From positions 1 through 43,414 of IMG/VR virus record IMGVR_UViG_3300035139_000065: 43,414 nucleotides of DNA; one strand, written 5' to 3'. A program made the position numbers and the translations under genes. Every line of letters starts with the position of its first letter. Position 1 is the first letter of the stretch. This DNA is from a virus. Taxonomy: Duplodnaviria > Caudoviricetes. Positions 9,319 through 18,542 of the stretch are shown here, piece by piece. Under the pieces are notes generated by a model. That model was not told the origin of the DNA, did no database searches, and saw only the letters and a list, made by a program, of their open reading frames with translations.

Positions 9319-12300
9319 CTAGCGAACCGGCGTCACCCTGGCGATACCACCAATGCTGAAACCGACGATGCGGCCTTCCTCCACTTCCTTCCACGTCTGC
9401 GGATCCAGCACTTTCACCGCCATCACCCAAGAACCCTTCGTTACCTCATGGCCACCAAGCGTGAAGTCGTCCGGCGCGATGTAGCTTTCAACCAACTGCA
9501 AGTCCCGACCAAGGTCCCGATGCATGTAGCCGATGACGTTGCCACGCCTGTATCCAAGAAGGAACTTGTGTGCAGCAGCTTCAATATTTTCCGCGTCGAC
9601 AATGTCACCTTGAGCATCAGTAGTGTTTGGCTTCAGAACGATGCCAACAACGATTTGCTTCTTCTTGTCTTGCTTCAGGATCGGCATCGTAATCGCCAAG
9701 CTTTTGTTCAGAGCCTCGCTATCGAACTCCTGCTTCTTCGGACGGGATACCATCCATGCGCGTCCCCCCGCTTGCTCCGCAGCCTCGCCACGGCCAACGG
9801 GTACGAACTGGAAAATCCACCGACCCTTGAGAAGCCTGCCGTCGAAATCGAATTCCTTGTAGTGCCGATCCTGAACTCCCGCACGCCATCTGTACGTGTC
9901 GCGAATCAGGAAGCGGGAGAACGCATCCGGGGTTGAACCCACCGCGCCGGGCGGAAAGACCTTCGGCTTGCCGCGACCGATCTGCATCCAAGCAAGCGGT
10001 CCGCGAACCGGCTCGGCCTTCTCGATCGACTCGTCCCCGACGCTACTGACTACGGCACCTCTGCCGCCCTTGATCTTGAAGTTCATCAGAATCTTCAGAT
10101 CCGGATCATCGCCTGTAGCGATCAACTTGAACTTGTTTGGCTTGAACTGGTTGCCTGGAGTGAAGCCTTCCCCGCCTTCCCAATACGTTTCCTTGCCCGG
10201 TCGCAACCGGAAGTCGGTATGGATGGAAACCGGTTCGGCGCGAGCAATGAGCGTCTGCTGCGACTTGCTCAGCTTATCGACCTCCACACCACCCAGAAGT
10301 CCTCCCAAGCTCTTGGCGTTACCTTCCTGCGCTTGCTTGTATGCAGAGCTAACATCCTTGCCGACGATATCGCTCAACTCGCCAAGCTCCGCATCGGTCA
10401 ACTCAACCGGATCCCAACCGAAGTCTTGCGTCAACTTGGTTTGCAGTTCACTCAAGCCGCGCTCGTGCGTCTGCAAGACGCCAGTACCGCTGTCACCCTC
10501 CTTGAAGCTGAGAACGCCTTCCTGCTTGACAAGGATATCAATCTCAACCTTGTCTTCCGCTTGCTGCTTCTCTACTGCCGCCTCATCCCGTTTCGCAAGT
10601 CCGGCGCGACGCAACTGGCTGAGCACATCCGGAGTGGCTTGCAGCACGTTCGCGTCGTGTGCGCGATCGATGATTGAGCGAACACCGTCAGCCTGGACGG
10701 TTCCCGTCTCCAGATCTTCAACACGAGGCACGACGGCGGTAACCGTCCACGTCTTTGCTTCCTCGTCGTAGCGCGGAATGACCTCTTCCGCAGACAGCGT
10801 GAGCACATCGCCCGTCTTGGCATCGACACTCGTATTGAAGGTCTTGCCCAACCGACGAAGCTCGCCCTTCTCGTCCTTGTATCCGACAACGTAGTTGTAC
10901 GTATTACGCGAACTTCGCACCCGGGTCCGATCGATAACCTCGACCTTGAACTCAAGCAGGTTCTTCAGCTTGGCCCATCCGGTTGACTGTCCAGTCAACG
11001 GGTAGTCCGAGGTTGTTACTTTCACGACCGCACCCTCGCTGCCCTCCTCCTTGCTGAAGCGCTTGATCGCCTTCATCAGATCCGCTTTCGAAGACACGAT
11101 AACTGGCTTGCTCAGCTTGAAGGTTGCGAAGTCGTGACCCTTGAACAGTTGCTCAAGCAGCTTGCGCGCCTCCAACCAAGACAGCGTATGCAGATCCTTG
11201 CCATCCGCATAGAGCAGATGGAAGACGTGAGCAACCATCTTTGCCTTCTTGCCGCTTGGAGTCGTGAAAGTTCCGTCTTCACTAACCTTGGTTTCCTTCG
11301 AGATCAATCCGGACAGTTCCACACGGGGAACCACACCACCACCCTCGTATCGCGCACCAACATCCATATCGAGGATAACGGGCTTGCCGATGACCTTCAG
11401 GTCTGCGACGATTGGAGCAAGCTGCTTGGAGCGATCGGTCTTGCTGTCCTCGAAGTAAACCAACGTGTCCTTGCCATCGTACTGCGCGATGGTTCGATAG
11501 CCGTTGTACTTCTTCTCAACAGCAAGGCGCGTGCCCTCGTCGATGAACGGCTTGGCCCACTGCTCCCAGAACTCATCCGGAGCGAAGAACTCCTGTTGTG
11601 TGTAACCGCCTGCCGTCTTCAGCGGAGTGAACGTCTTGAGTGGCTTCAGTTCCGCCTTCTCGATGTTGACCAGTTGCAAGGGAACCCGCTTGACGGCAAC
11701 CAAGTCGTACATGGGAAGATAATCGTCGTGCGGCCCCTGCGGAATGTAGGTGTGGTGCAGCTTCTCCCGCACCTCCTTCGGAAACAGGTTGCGAAAAGCA
11801 ACATCCATTCCACCGATCGCATCACCGGCACGCCACACAACGTCAATGTCCTCGGGGTTGCTTCCCTTGATCGCGCTTCCAGCGAGGGAAAGGAAATCCC
11901 TCACAACGGTGAAGTCCTGCAAGTAGGCAGTCACCGGGCTAACGTCCGTCATGGTCTTGTCCACCACGATGATCGCGGAGTTCGTTCGTGTGCGGTGAAA
12001 CTCATGCGCGAACGGAAGCTTTGCTTCAAGCACCTTGTCCCGCAGATCGTTCAGCGTCTTGAATGTGTGCTTGTGCGTCGCGTCGCGTCTGATGCCAAGC
12101 GGAATCAAGTGGATCGCCTTGCGAGAGGCAACACGGGTAGATTCGGCAAGCGCCTGATTGAAATCCTTGATGTGCTCAAGGACGTGCATTGAGAAGACAA
12201 CATCGTACAGTCCATCGGAGAACGGCAGTTCCGCAGCATCGGAAAGAATGACCTCATGCCCTTTTGCCCTTGCTTGTCCTGCCGCGTACTCCGATACCTC

Positions 12301-12888
12301 CAACCCTTCTGCATCGACCCCGCTTGCCTTCAGGATGTCAAGCGCCCGACCCATTCCGCTTCCCAACTCCAGCACCGACGAAACGTCATCGGGAACCCAC
12401 TTGAGCACAGAGGCAAGATCGGCAACGAAGCCAAGATCAACATCCTTCAGCCCGGCAAAGTAAGCCTCGTTGTAGCTCTTGCCACTGAACTTGCGTGTGC
12501 GCTTGCGTCTTGCTGCGCGATCCAATTCGTCGTGAGTGGAGTGCTCCATCTCCCGCCGTTCCATCTCCTCAAGCACCAATAGATGCACTTTCACGAACTC
12601 AGGCTTCGTCAACTCCAGCTTACCGGAGACTGCCGCGTCCCAGAGTTGGTGAAGGCGAAGATGGAGATTGAGCAACGCTTCATCGTCTTCCTTGCCCAGC
12701 ACCTTCGGTTCTTCGAGAACGCGAGCCAAGGCAACCTTGACCAGTCGCGTGATCTCCTCCGGCTTCGCGTCCCTAATTTCCGGCAGCTTGATCCTCTCCT
12801 CTTCGAGAAGTTCACCGCCCACCCGTGCGGGAGGTGCCTTGCCGTCAGTCAGCGAACCAGCATCAATCTTGCTTGTCTCTTTGCCCAT
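9319..12888 (-). CDS. Multidomain protein: DenV-like helical domain, SAM methyltransferase, nucleotidyltransferase, ATP-dependent ligase plus OB fold, LigD-like phosphoesterase, XkdF-type prohead protease
   Basis: VLELGSGMG...DAAELPF...HVLEH (MTase); LAGS...DIDVV (NTase); EKKYNGYR, EGAVVK, WAKLK (ligase); QTHERG...HTDFRLR...LKGRWIF (PE); VVGIVLKP..TDAQGD...VESYIAP...KGSWV...GFSIGG (XkdF). Confidence 0.85.
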   Translation of the reverse strand: MGKETSKIDAGSLTDGKAPPARVGGELLEEERIKLPEIRDAKPEEITRLVKVALARVLEEPKVLGKEDDEALLNLHLRLHQLWDAAVSGKLELTKPEFVKVHLLVLEEMERREMEHSTHDELDRAARRKRTRKFSGKSYNEAYFAGLKDVDLGFVADLASVLKWVPDDVSSVLELGSGMGRALDILKASGVDAEGLEVSEYAAGQARAKGHEVILSDAAELPFSDGLYDVVFSMHVLEHIKDFNQALAESTRVASRKAIHLIPLGIRRDATHKHTFKTLNDLRDKVLEAKLPFAHEFHRTRTNSAIIVVDKTMTDVSPVTAYLQDFTVVRDFLSLAGSAIKGSNPEDIDVVWRAGDAIGGMDVAFRNLFPKEVREKLHHTYIPQGPHDDYLPMYDLVAVKRVPLQLVNIEKAELKPLKTFTPLKTAGGYTQQEFFAPDEFWEQWAKPFIDEGTRLAVEKKYNGYRTIAQYDGKDTLVYFEDSKTDRSKQLAPIVADLKVIGKPVILDMDVGARYEGGGVVPRVELSGLISKETKVSEDGTFTTPSGKKAKMVAHVFHLLYADGKDLHTLSWLEARKLLEQLFKGHDFATFKLSKPVIVSSKADLMKAIKRFSKEEGSEGAVVKVTTSDYPLTGQSTGWAKLKNLLEFKVEVIDRTRVRSSRNTYNYVVGYKDEKGELRRLGKTFNTSVDAKTGDVLTLSAEEVIPRYDEEAKTWTVTAVVPRVEDLETGTVQADGVRSIIDRAHDANVLQATPDVLSQLRRAGLAKRDEAAVEKQQAEDKVEIDILVKQEGVLSFKEGDSGTGVLQTHERGLSELQTKLTQDFGWDPVELTDAELGELSDIVGKDVSSAYKQAQEGNAKSLGGLLGGVEVDKLSKSQQTLIARAEPVSIHTDFRLRPGKETYWEGGEGFTPGNQFKPNKFKLIATGDDPDLKILMNFKIKGGRGAVVSSVGDESIEKAEPVRGPLAWMQIGRGKPKVFPPGAVGSTPDAFSRFLIRDTYRWRAGVQDRHYKEFDFDGRLLKGRWIFQFVPVGRGEAAEQAGGRAWMVSRPKKQEFDSEALNKSLAITMPILKQDKKKQIVVGIVLKPNTTDAQGDIVDAENIEAAAHKFLLGYRRGNVIGYMHRDLGRDLQLVESYIAPDDFTLGGHEVTKGSWVMAVKVLDPQTWKEVEEGRIVGFSIGGIARVTPVR

Positions 12889-12903
12889 CTGGCAACCTCC
12901 TCA

Positions 12904-14022
12904 CTAGAGGAACGCGGAAGTATCCGAAATATCTACTGTACACCTACAACGTCCGTGGTATGGAGGGAATCCGTAGCCCGCATCGATCATCTTCCCAGCC
13001 GTAGCTTGGGACCAACGACCGGGTCTTTCCGCTGCACGGCGGTAATCCCCAACTGTACCCCAAGGGTGCAACCGTTCACGCACCGCCGTAGGCGAAGCAC
13101 CTATCTCCTGCTGGAGATGATCGTAAGCTTGATCAACAGGCATGTTGATTGCGTGGCCGGACATATACCGACACTCCGTGCACGTTCGTTCGTCCAGTGG
13201 GTTGACTACAGTGTACCGCGTAGCACCAACCGATTGCATCGCTGTCAGTTGTCCAGCAACGCGAGCGGTTGTCATTGCGTTTGCAGCAACCATCTCGAAA
13301 TACTCTCGGGTAGAACCGCGCCAACCGGTAGGTATCTCGGCATAGGGACCGGTGAAGGGATCGCGCGGATCATAGTCGAACTCGCGCCTAAGCAACCTCG
13401 CAAGCTGTTCTCCTGCTCGCTTGGGATCTCCACCCGTCTCCCGAATTGCGGTTCGAGCAATCCGACGCACCGCAGCGGCGATGTTGCGCTTGTAGTGTCT
13501 ACCAATCCAAAACGTGTGCTTCTCTGCCAACGCTCTGACGGCTTCCTCGTCGGCAACGTCGAAGCTAGCAAAGTCGAACCCAAGCCCCGGTGTTGTTGTC
13601 GTCGGAGCTTTGCTCACCGGTACGAAGTCATACCGCAGCGTGCCCCGGTACTTGCCTTTGATCTTCTTGTTCATCGCGGAGATTCCGAGACGGAATCCTT
13701 CGCGCAGCGTCTCTCGCGTGCTGTCGAACAATTCCTCCCCAAGGTTAGCAAACGCGCTCTCAACCATCTTCAGAGCGGCGCTGAGATCCTTGGCTGTGAC
13801 CTTGCCCTTGGATGCTCTGATTCGCTGTGTTGCTTGCTTGACTGCCCGCTCGGCTCGCTTGCTCCAGGCCCGCTCTACTTCCTTGCGGAATCGCTCTTCG
13901 ACAAGAACCAATCGTCGCCACTCAGGCAAGACCTTTGCTTTGACAAGGATCTCATCGATCGCGTTCAACCCCTTGATGAGTTGCGCGTTGCTCAGCGAGC
14001 CGCAGGCGCAGCCCTCATGCAT
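12904..14022 (-). CDS. MuF/SPP1 gp7-like minor head (head morphogenesis) protein
   Basis: DERTCTEC and PPYHGRCRC motifs; sits immediately after the portal with an overlapping start. Confidence 0.88.
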   Translation of the reverse strand: MHEGCACGSLSNAQLIKGLNAIDEILVKAKVLPEWRRLVLVEERFRKEVERAWSKRAERAVKQATQRIRASKGKVTAKDLSAALKMVESAFANLGEELFDSTRETLREGFRLGISAMNKKIKGKYRGTLRYDFVPVSKAPTTTTPGLGFDFASFDVADEEAVRALAEKHTFWIGRHYKRNIAAAVRRIARTAIRETGGDPKRAGEQLARLLRREFDYDPRDPFTGPYAEIPTGWRGSTREYFEMVAANAMTTARVAGQLTAMQSVGATRYTVVNPLDERTCTECRYMSGHAINMPVDQAYDHLQQEIGASPTAVRERLHPWGTVGDYRRAAERPGRWSQATAGKMIDAGYGFPPYHGRCRCTVDISDTSAFL

Positions 14023-15760
14023 CGGGCTTCTCCCCACCCTCAAGCTCGGCTTCCATCCAAGCGCGTAGCTTCAGCAGCGAGTTCAGCACGACAAGAGCAT
14101 CCTCGTCGTTACCAAGCAACGACTTCATCGTTGCCGTATCAACACCAACCGGAGCAACCTGCGTGCTGATTCCGGCCGGAGCGGAGTTCTTCACGCGCTC
14201 CGCGATCTGCAAGGTCAACGGCACGTCAGGATCCATGTCCTTCCAGTTCTCTGGGAACTCGCGGCCCATGATGTCCTCGATGATGATCCGTGCGATGCGC
14301 GGAGTCATGCCGCCCGTCTTCTCCGCGGCAAGCAGCACCTTGATCAGATCCTCGTCATCAGTCACGTTGGGACCAAGGCTCTGGAAACGGTGGTACTTGA
14401 TTTCCATCACCGGAAACAGACGGTGGTTGACCCAATGGTCGAACTCGTTTCGCTCCGGGGCGAAGATCTGCTCATCGGCAAGCTTGCGGCTTGCTTCGGC
14501 AGTCGCCCGGTTGTAGGTCTTGGCATCGCCGCAGAAGATGGGCGGGAGGCGGAACGACTCACGCACCTTCTTGCGGTTGTTCTCCCCATACGCTTGGAAC
14601 AACTGATCCTGAATCTGATCGTTGGTCAACCGTTCAAGCTCAAGCTTGGGCGATCCTGTCTCTCCCGGCTCCTGCGCAAAGGGACTCTCAGCCTCGATGA
14701 GCAGGAACTTGCTGCGATTGCCCGAACCGGCAATCTGCTGTTCGCTGAACTGCTTGATGCGGTCGAGAGAGCCTTGTGTCAGCGCACCCCCGCTCACGAT
14801 AATGATCATCGAAGGCATCATGTTGTTGGCGAAGGTGGTGTAGTTGACTCCATCCGCTTCCCGATCGCCAAACAGCGTGATCAGGTTGCCGATCCAACGA
14901 GGCAACCCATACGGCGAACGCGGACAGTACAGCTTGAAATGCACCATCGGCGTAGCAAGCTTGACGCTGCCTTCCTTCATCTCCTTCTCGGTAACCGGAT
15001 CGCCCGTCTCGGCGTTGATGGCGCGCGGATCGCCAAACTCCTTGAAATACACCGGCCGATCATATGCCGTCTTCCAGCGACCATCCGTTCCGAGTCGCGA
15101 GAACTGCACGATGCGACGGAATCGCTTCTTCGCCTTAGCCACCTCGACGGCAACCGAACCGTCATCGATCCGTACAAGCCGCTTCTGGTCGAAGGGTGTT
15201 AGCTCCTTGTCAATCGGAGTCAAGCGCATCTGATAGCTTGGAACGTGAACAAGCTGATCGATTCGTCCAGCCTTGTTGGCAACAAGCTCGAAGTAAGCGT
15301 TACCAGTCGCCTCCAGATCGCGCCGCACCCTACGCCGGAACGCAACGAACGAATAGTCGAGACAGAAGTGGGCGAACAAGTTCTCAAGGAAGATACCCTC
15401 CTTCCTCACTTCTGCTTTCAGACCATCTGATGCTTGATCGCCAAGCTGCACTCTCCGGACGAACTTGTGTCCGAAGCCATCGATGTTGATTTCAAGAGCG
15501 GCAATATTCTGCTCTAGATGGGTCGAGTTCTCGATCATCGTTGACAAGCCAAGAGGATCATAGGGCGGCTCGATTACCCTGCCAGCATCCACATAGGCAG
15601 ACAGATCGGGATCCTCAAGCACAACGTTCGATTGTCCCAACTGTTCTTCGATTCGCTTGACGATAGGACTCACATCGATGATGCGTGCACGGATCTTCCT
15701 GACAGGCTGCTCCGGATCAACCGCCTCGGGAGCCTTGCCCTCTTCGCTCTTGCTTTCCAT
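14015..15760 (-). CDS. Portal protein (PBSX-like family)
   Basis: IEPPY, DLEATGNAYFE, YGLPRW, FRLPPIF and NRATA motifs. Confidence 0.92.
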   Translation of the reverse strand: MESKSEEGKAPEAVDPEQPVRKIRARIIDVSPIVKRIEEQLGQSNVVLEDPDLSAYVDAGRVIEPPYDPLGLSTMIENSTHLEQNIAALEINIDGFGHKFVRRVQLGDQASDGLKAEVRKEGIFLENLFAHFCLDYSFVAFRRRVRRDLEATGNAYFELVANKAGRIDQLVHVPSYQMRLTPIDKELTPFDQKRLVRIDDGSVAVEVAKAKKRFRRIVQFSRLGTDGRWKTAYDRPVYFKEFGDPRAINAETGDPVTEKEMKEGSVKLATPMVHFKLYCPRSPYGLPRWIGNLITLFGDREADGVNYTTFANNMMPSMIIIVSGGALTQGSLDRIKQFSEQQIAGSGNRSKFLLIEAESPFAQEPGETGSPKLELERLTNDQIQDQLFQAYGENNRKKVRESFRLPPIFCGDAKTYNRATAEASRKLADEQIFAPERNEFDHWVNHRLFPVMEIKYHRFQSLGPNVTDDEDLIKVLLAAEKTGGMTPRIARIIIEDIMGREFPENWKDMDPDVPLTLQIAERVKNSAPAGISTQVAPVGVDTATMKSLLGNDEDALVVLNSLLKLRAWMEAELEGGEKPDA

Positions 15761-15763
15761 GAT

Positions 15764-16645
15764 TCACTCCAAGTCAGCCGGAATGTCGTTGCAACCATCC
15801 CAATGGTCGGCAACGGTTGTACCGTCCGGCAAAGTTGCTTCGCAGGCCTGTGAGTAGCGCGAGCGCACTCCGGTGAAGTAGGTCTTGAACCCACTGTCGT
15901 GCACGCAATCCCCTTGGTTGTAGGCAGCGATACCAAGCAAGGGGTGATCATCCTCATCCAGTGGGCAGATCGCTAGATGCTCGACGACCTCTTGCACGCC
16001 AACCGCCACGTTCCATTCAACTCGGTCGATGAACTGTCGCCGTTCGTGCTGGCTACGTGGGAAGATGAAATGACCATCCTCGCAGTAGTCGGGGTTGCCA
16101 TCGTACTCCCCGCAGCCATTACCAACGGGCAACCGCACCCGAGTGCCAGATGAGAAGTTGTTTGGGAGCAACTGAAAGTAACCATGCTCGCGGGCACAGC
16201 AGGTGTCGACACGGTACGACCGCTCATTGTGCGTGACGATGTGGACGTTGCGCGTTACCTGCCGTTCGCCACCTCTCCACGTCCACGTCATCCGCGTCTC
16301 GCAGTATTGCTCCCCTTCACGCGGCTCGATAGCAACGATGCGATCGACCCCCACCACCTTCTGGCAGATGATGTCGGTGTCGCCGTGGGCAACCGAGTGC
16401 GACAGGTCGCCTAGGGTTGACTCCTTCTCCGCAACCATCGCCATCATCAAGCAATCGATCGGTTCTTCGTACAGTTCGCACGTCCGGGCGAGCGTGCGCG
16501 TGAAGTCGTCAAGCGCGTTCTGCCCCGATTCCTGCAACGACTCACATCGCTCTAAGTTGCGTTCTCCGACCTCATCGCACGCAGTCTCCTGCCAGCGTGG
16601 GTGGAAAATCAGCAATGCATGAAAGAGCAAGATTGCCAGTTCCAT
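15764..16645 (-). CDS. Cys-rich lytic transglycosylase (SLT-like) with hydrophobic N-terminus
   Basis: SLT motifs in order: AEKES (catalytic Glu), GYFQL, WNVAVG, AAYNQG. GAGGAG RBS before MELAILLFHALLIF. Confidence 0.7.
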   Translation of the reverse strand: MELAILLFHALLIFHPRWQETACDEVGERNLERCESLQESGQNALDDFTRTLARTCELYEEPIDCLMMAMVAEKESTLGDLSHSVAHGDTDIICQKVVGVDRIVAIEPREGEQYCETRMTWTWRGGERQVTRNVHIVTHNERSYRVDTCCAREHGYFQLLPNNFSSGTRVRLPVGNGCGEYDGNPDYCEDGHFIFPRSQHERRQFIDRVEWNVAVGVQEVVEHLAICPLDEDDHPLLGIAAYNQGDCVHDSGFKTYFTGVRSRYSQACEATLPDGTTVADHWDGCNDIPADLE

Positions 16646-16652
16646 GTTCTCC

Positions 16653-18134
16653 TCACAGCAATCCCGGTTCTTCTCTCCGTTTGCGCTCTCTTGGTTTGAA
16701 CCGGAGCAAGCCCAGCGCAATCTCCACGGCATCGAACAGATCGTCATGCCCGTGTGGGAACGACACCAACCGCTCGATGACGTGGAAGTGCTCGGGCTTG
16801 AAGTGGACGCGATGTTGCTGGAACAACGGCGTCAGTTTCCATGCCCTCGTTACCTTGTCCTTCAGAGGGTAGACCTTCCGGATAGGCCAGTTGGGATGCT
16901 TGCGCTTGAGTTCGTTCGCCTGCGCAGCTTGGTACGCAACGGCTTCGATGCCAAGCGCAAACAACTCACGCTCATAGTGTCCGCCGAAACCTTCTATCGC
17001 CTCCTGTTGCTCGATGAAGCCAAGACGCCGCTCCATGAAGTCAAGCAGCCAGAAGTGATCGTTGCTGTCCCTGCCGAAGGCAGCCATAGCAAAGTAGTCG
17101 TGCGACGTCTTCTTGCCGATGGCAAGGTCGGATCCGATTCCCACCACCAACGTGCTTACATCCGGGTACTCTGCTTCGGTGTTGATCACGAAGTCATCGT
17201 AGTTGAAGATCTCGCCCCGCATCGCTTCGGTGTCGTTCTGGTACTGGCTGTTGAAGATGATGACGCCAGAGCGCTCCCGTTGCTGTCTCAGGAACTCCGT
17301 AGTGAAGCGCTCCGGATAGATTGACTCGTCGTCCTCGTCCAGGGCCGGGATGATGAGCGTGCTCTTCTTGTATTCGTGCTTCAGGAAGTGTCCATACAGG
17401 TCTTCGTGGTGGTAGCGGGTGCCAAGCACATGCCGCTCACCTCGATGCGGAACCGCGGGATCCGGTGGAAGCAAGCAAGGGCTGAACACCTTGTAATACC
17501 ATTTGCGGATGTTGTCTCGCTGATGATCGGTGCGGCTGTTCTCTTCGTCAACCGCGTCATCGAGAATGCCAACGTCGAAGTGCTTGCTCGCAACCGCGCT
17601 GCCGACGCCGACAGTCATCACCGTTGGCTCTTTGTAGATGCTAGTCCGTTGTCGCACCTCGATGGACGATTCATCCCAACGTCGTTCGCCAACGTAGTCC
17701 CCGAACAACTCCCGTAGCTCTTCGTTGGATTCGAACTGCTGCTTGATGCTGCGAAGCATGTCGGCCGCGTTGCTGGCAACCTTGCTACCAACCAGAATTC
17801 GAATGTTGGGGTTCTTCAGGACAAGGTGGATCACTTTCGCAACATTGCCGATGACAGTCTTGCCCATGCCGCGAAAAGCAAGCGTCTGTGAGGTAGCGTT
17901 TGCGAACTGATGTTGAATGACGGGAAAGTGTGTTCGGTGATGCACATCGTAGCCCAGCACCAACTCACACAACACGTCGAGCCGGTTGCGTTGCAACACC
18001 GCACGACGTATCCATTCACGGTACATGTCCCGGCTATGCACAAGAAGGTCGATCAAACCCTCCTTCGTGCGAGCGGAATCGATGACCGCTGACGAAGCGA
18101 TACGGCGTTCGATGTCGGTAGTCGGGGTGCCCAT
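16653..18134 (-). CDS. terL: Terminase large subunit
   Basis: Walker A FRGMGKT, Walker B ILDD, LGTRYHHEDL, nuclease GSDLA, EAVAYQ and HDDLFDA. Confidence 0.95.
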   Translation of the reverse strand: MGTPTTDIERRIASSAVIDSARTKEGLIDLLVHSRDMYREWIRRAVLQRNRLDVLCELVLGYDVHHRTHFPVIQHQFANATSQTLAFRGMGKTVIGNVAKVIHLVLKNPNIRILVGSKVASNAADMLRSIKQQFESNEELRELFGDYVGERRWDESSIEVRQRTSIYKEPTVMTVGVGSAVASKHFDVGILDDAVDEENSRTDHQRDNIRKWYYKVFSPCLLPPDPAVPHRGERHVLGTRYHHEDLYGHFLKHEYKKSTLIIPALDEDDESIYPERFTTEFLRQQRERSGVIIFNSQYQNDTEAMRGEIFNYDDFVINTEAEYPDVSTLVVGIGSDLAIGKKTSHDYFAMAAFGRDSNDHFWLLDFMERRLGFIEQQEAIEGFGGHYERELFALGIEAVAYQAAQANELKRKHPNWPIRKVYPLKDKVTRAWKLTPLFQQHRVHFKPEHFHVIERLVSFPHGHDDLFDAVEIALGLLRFKPRERKRREEPGLL

Positions 18135-18155
18135 ACTAGCACCCTAGAAGGTGAA

Positions 18156-18542
18156 TCAGTCGTAGCGGGGATCAACCAAGAACGCGGCTACCTCTGCCGA
18201 CGCCTTGCGACCCGCCGAAAGTTGGGTGACCGCAAGAAAACACTTGCGACCAAGCACCGGAATGCGAACCGCCACGGTCGTGCCGTGTGGAACGACCCAC
18301 ACCAAGGGCGTTGCTTCGCTGACGTACTTCCTTGCCAACGGTGACCAGAACAACGCTTCGAACGTTGCTGTATGAGCCCCAGCCCCCGCATCGCACTCAA
18401 GGTTCGCTAGAAGGTATTCGTACTGATGCGCGTTGATGCCGCGATGCTCTTCCGCGAGCACTGCCGCTCCATCGATCGCCCCAACCTCGTCACGATGAAG
18501 TCGAAAATCTGGAGCGCTTGACAGTTCGTTTCCGTCTGCCAT
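18156..18542 (-). CDS. Hypothetical protein
   Basis: 128 aa with a TAAGGAGG RBS. Confidence 0.7.
   Translation of the reverse strand: MADGNELSSAPDFRLHRDEVGAIDGAAVLAEEHRGINAHQYEYLLANLECDAGAGAHTATFEALFWSPLARKYVSEATPLVWVVPHGTTVAVRIPVLGRKCFLAVTQLSAGRKASAEVAAFLVDPRYD

Noticed and set aside
11959-12477. Hen1-type RNA 2'-O-methyltransferase (Pnkp-Hen1 RNA repair)
   Set aside because: Motif reads HVLEH rather than Hen1 ExxEH and the FEW motif is missing, so it is called only a generic class I MTase. An RNA substrate is not excluded.
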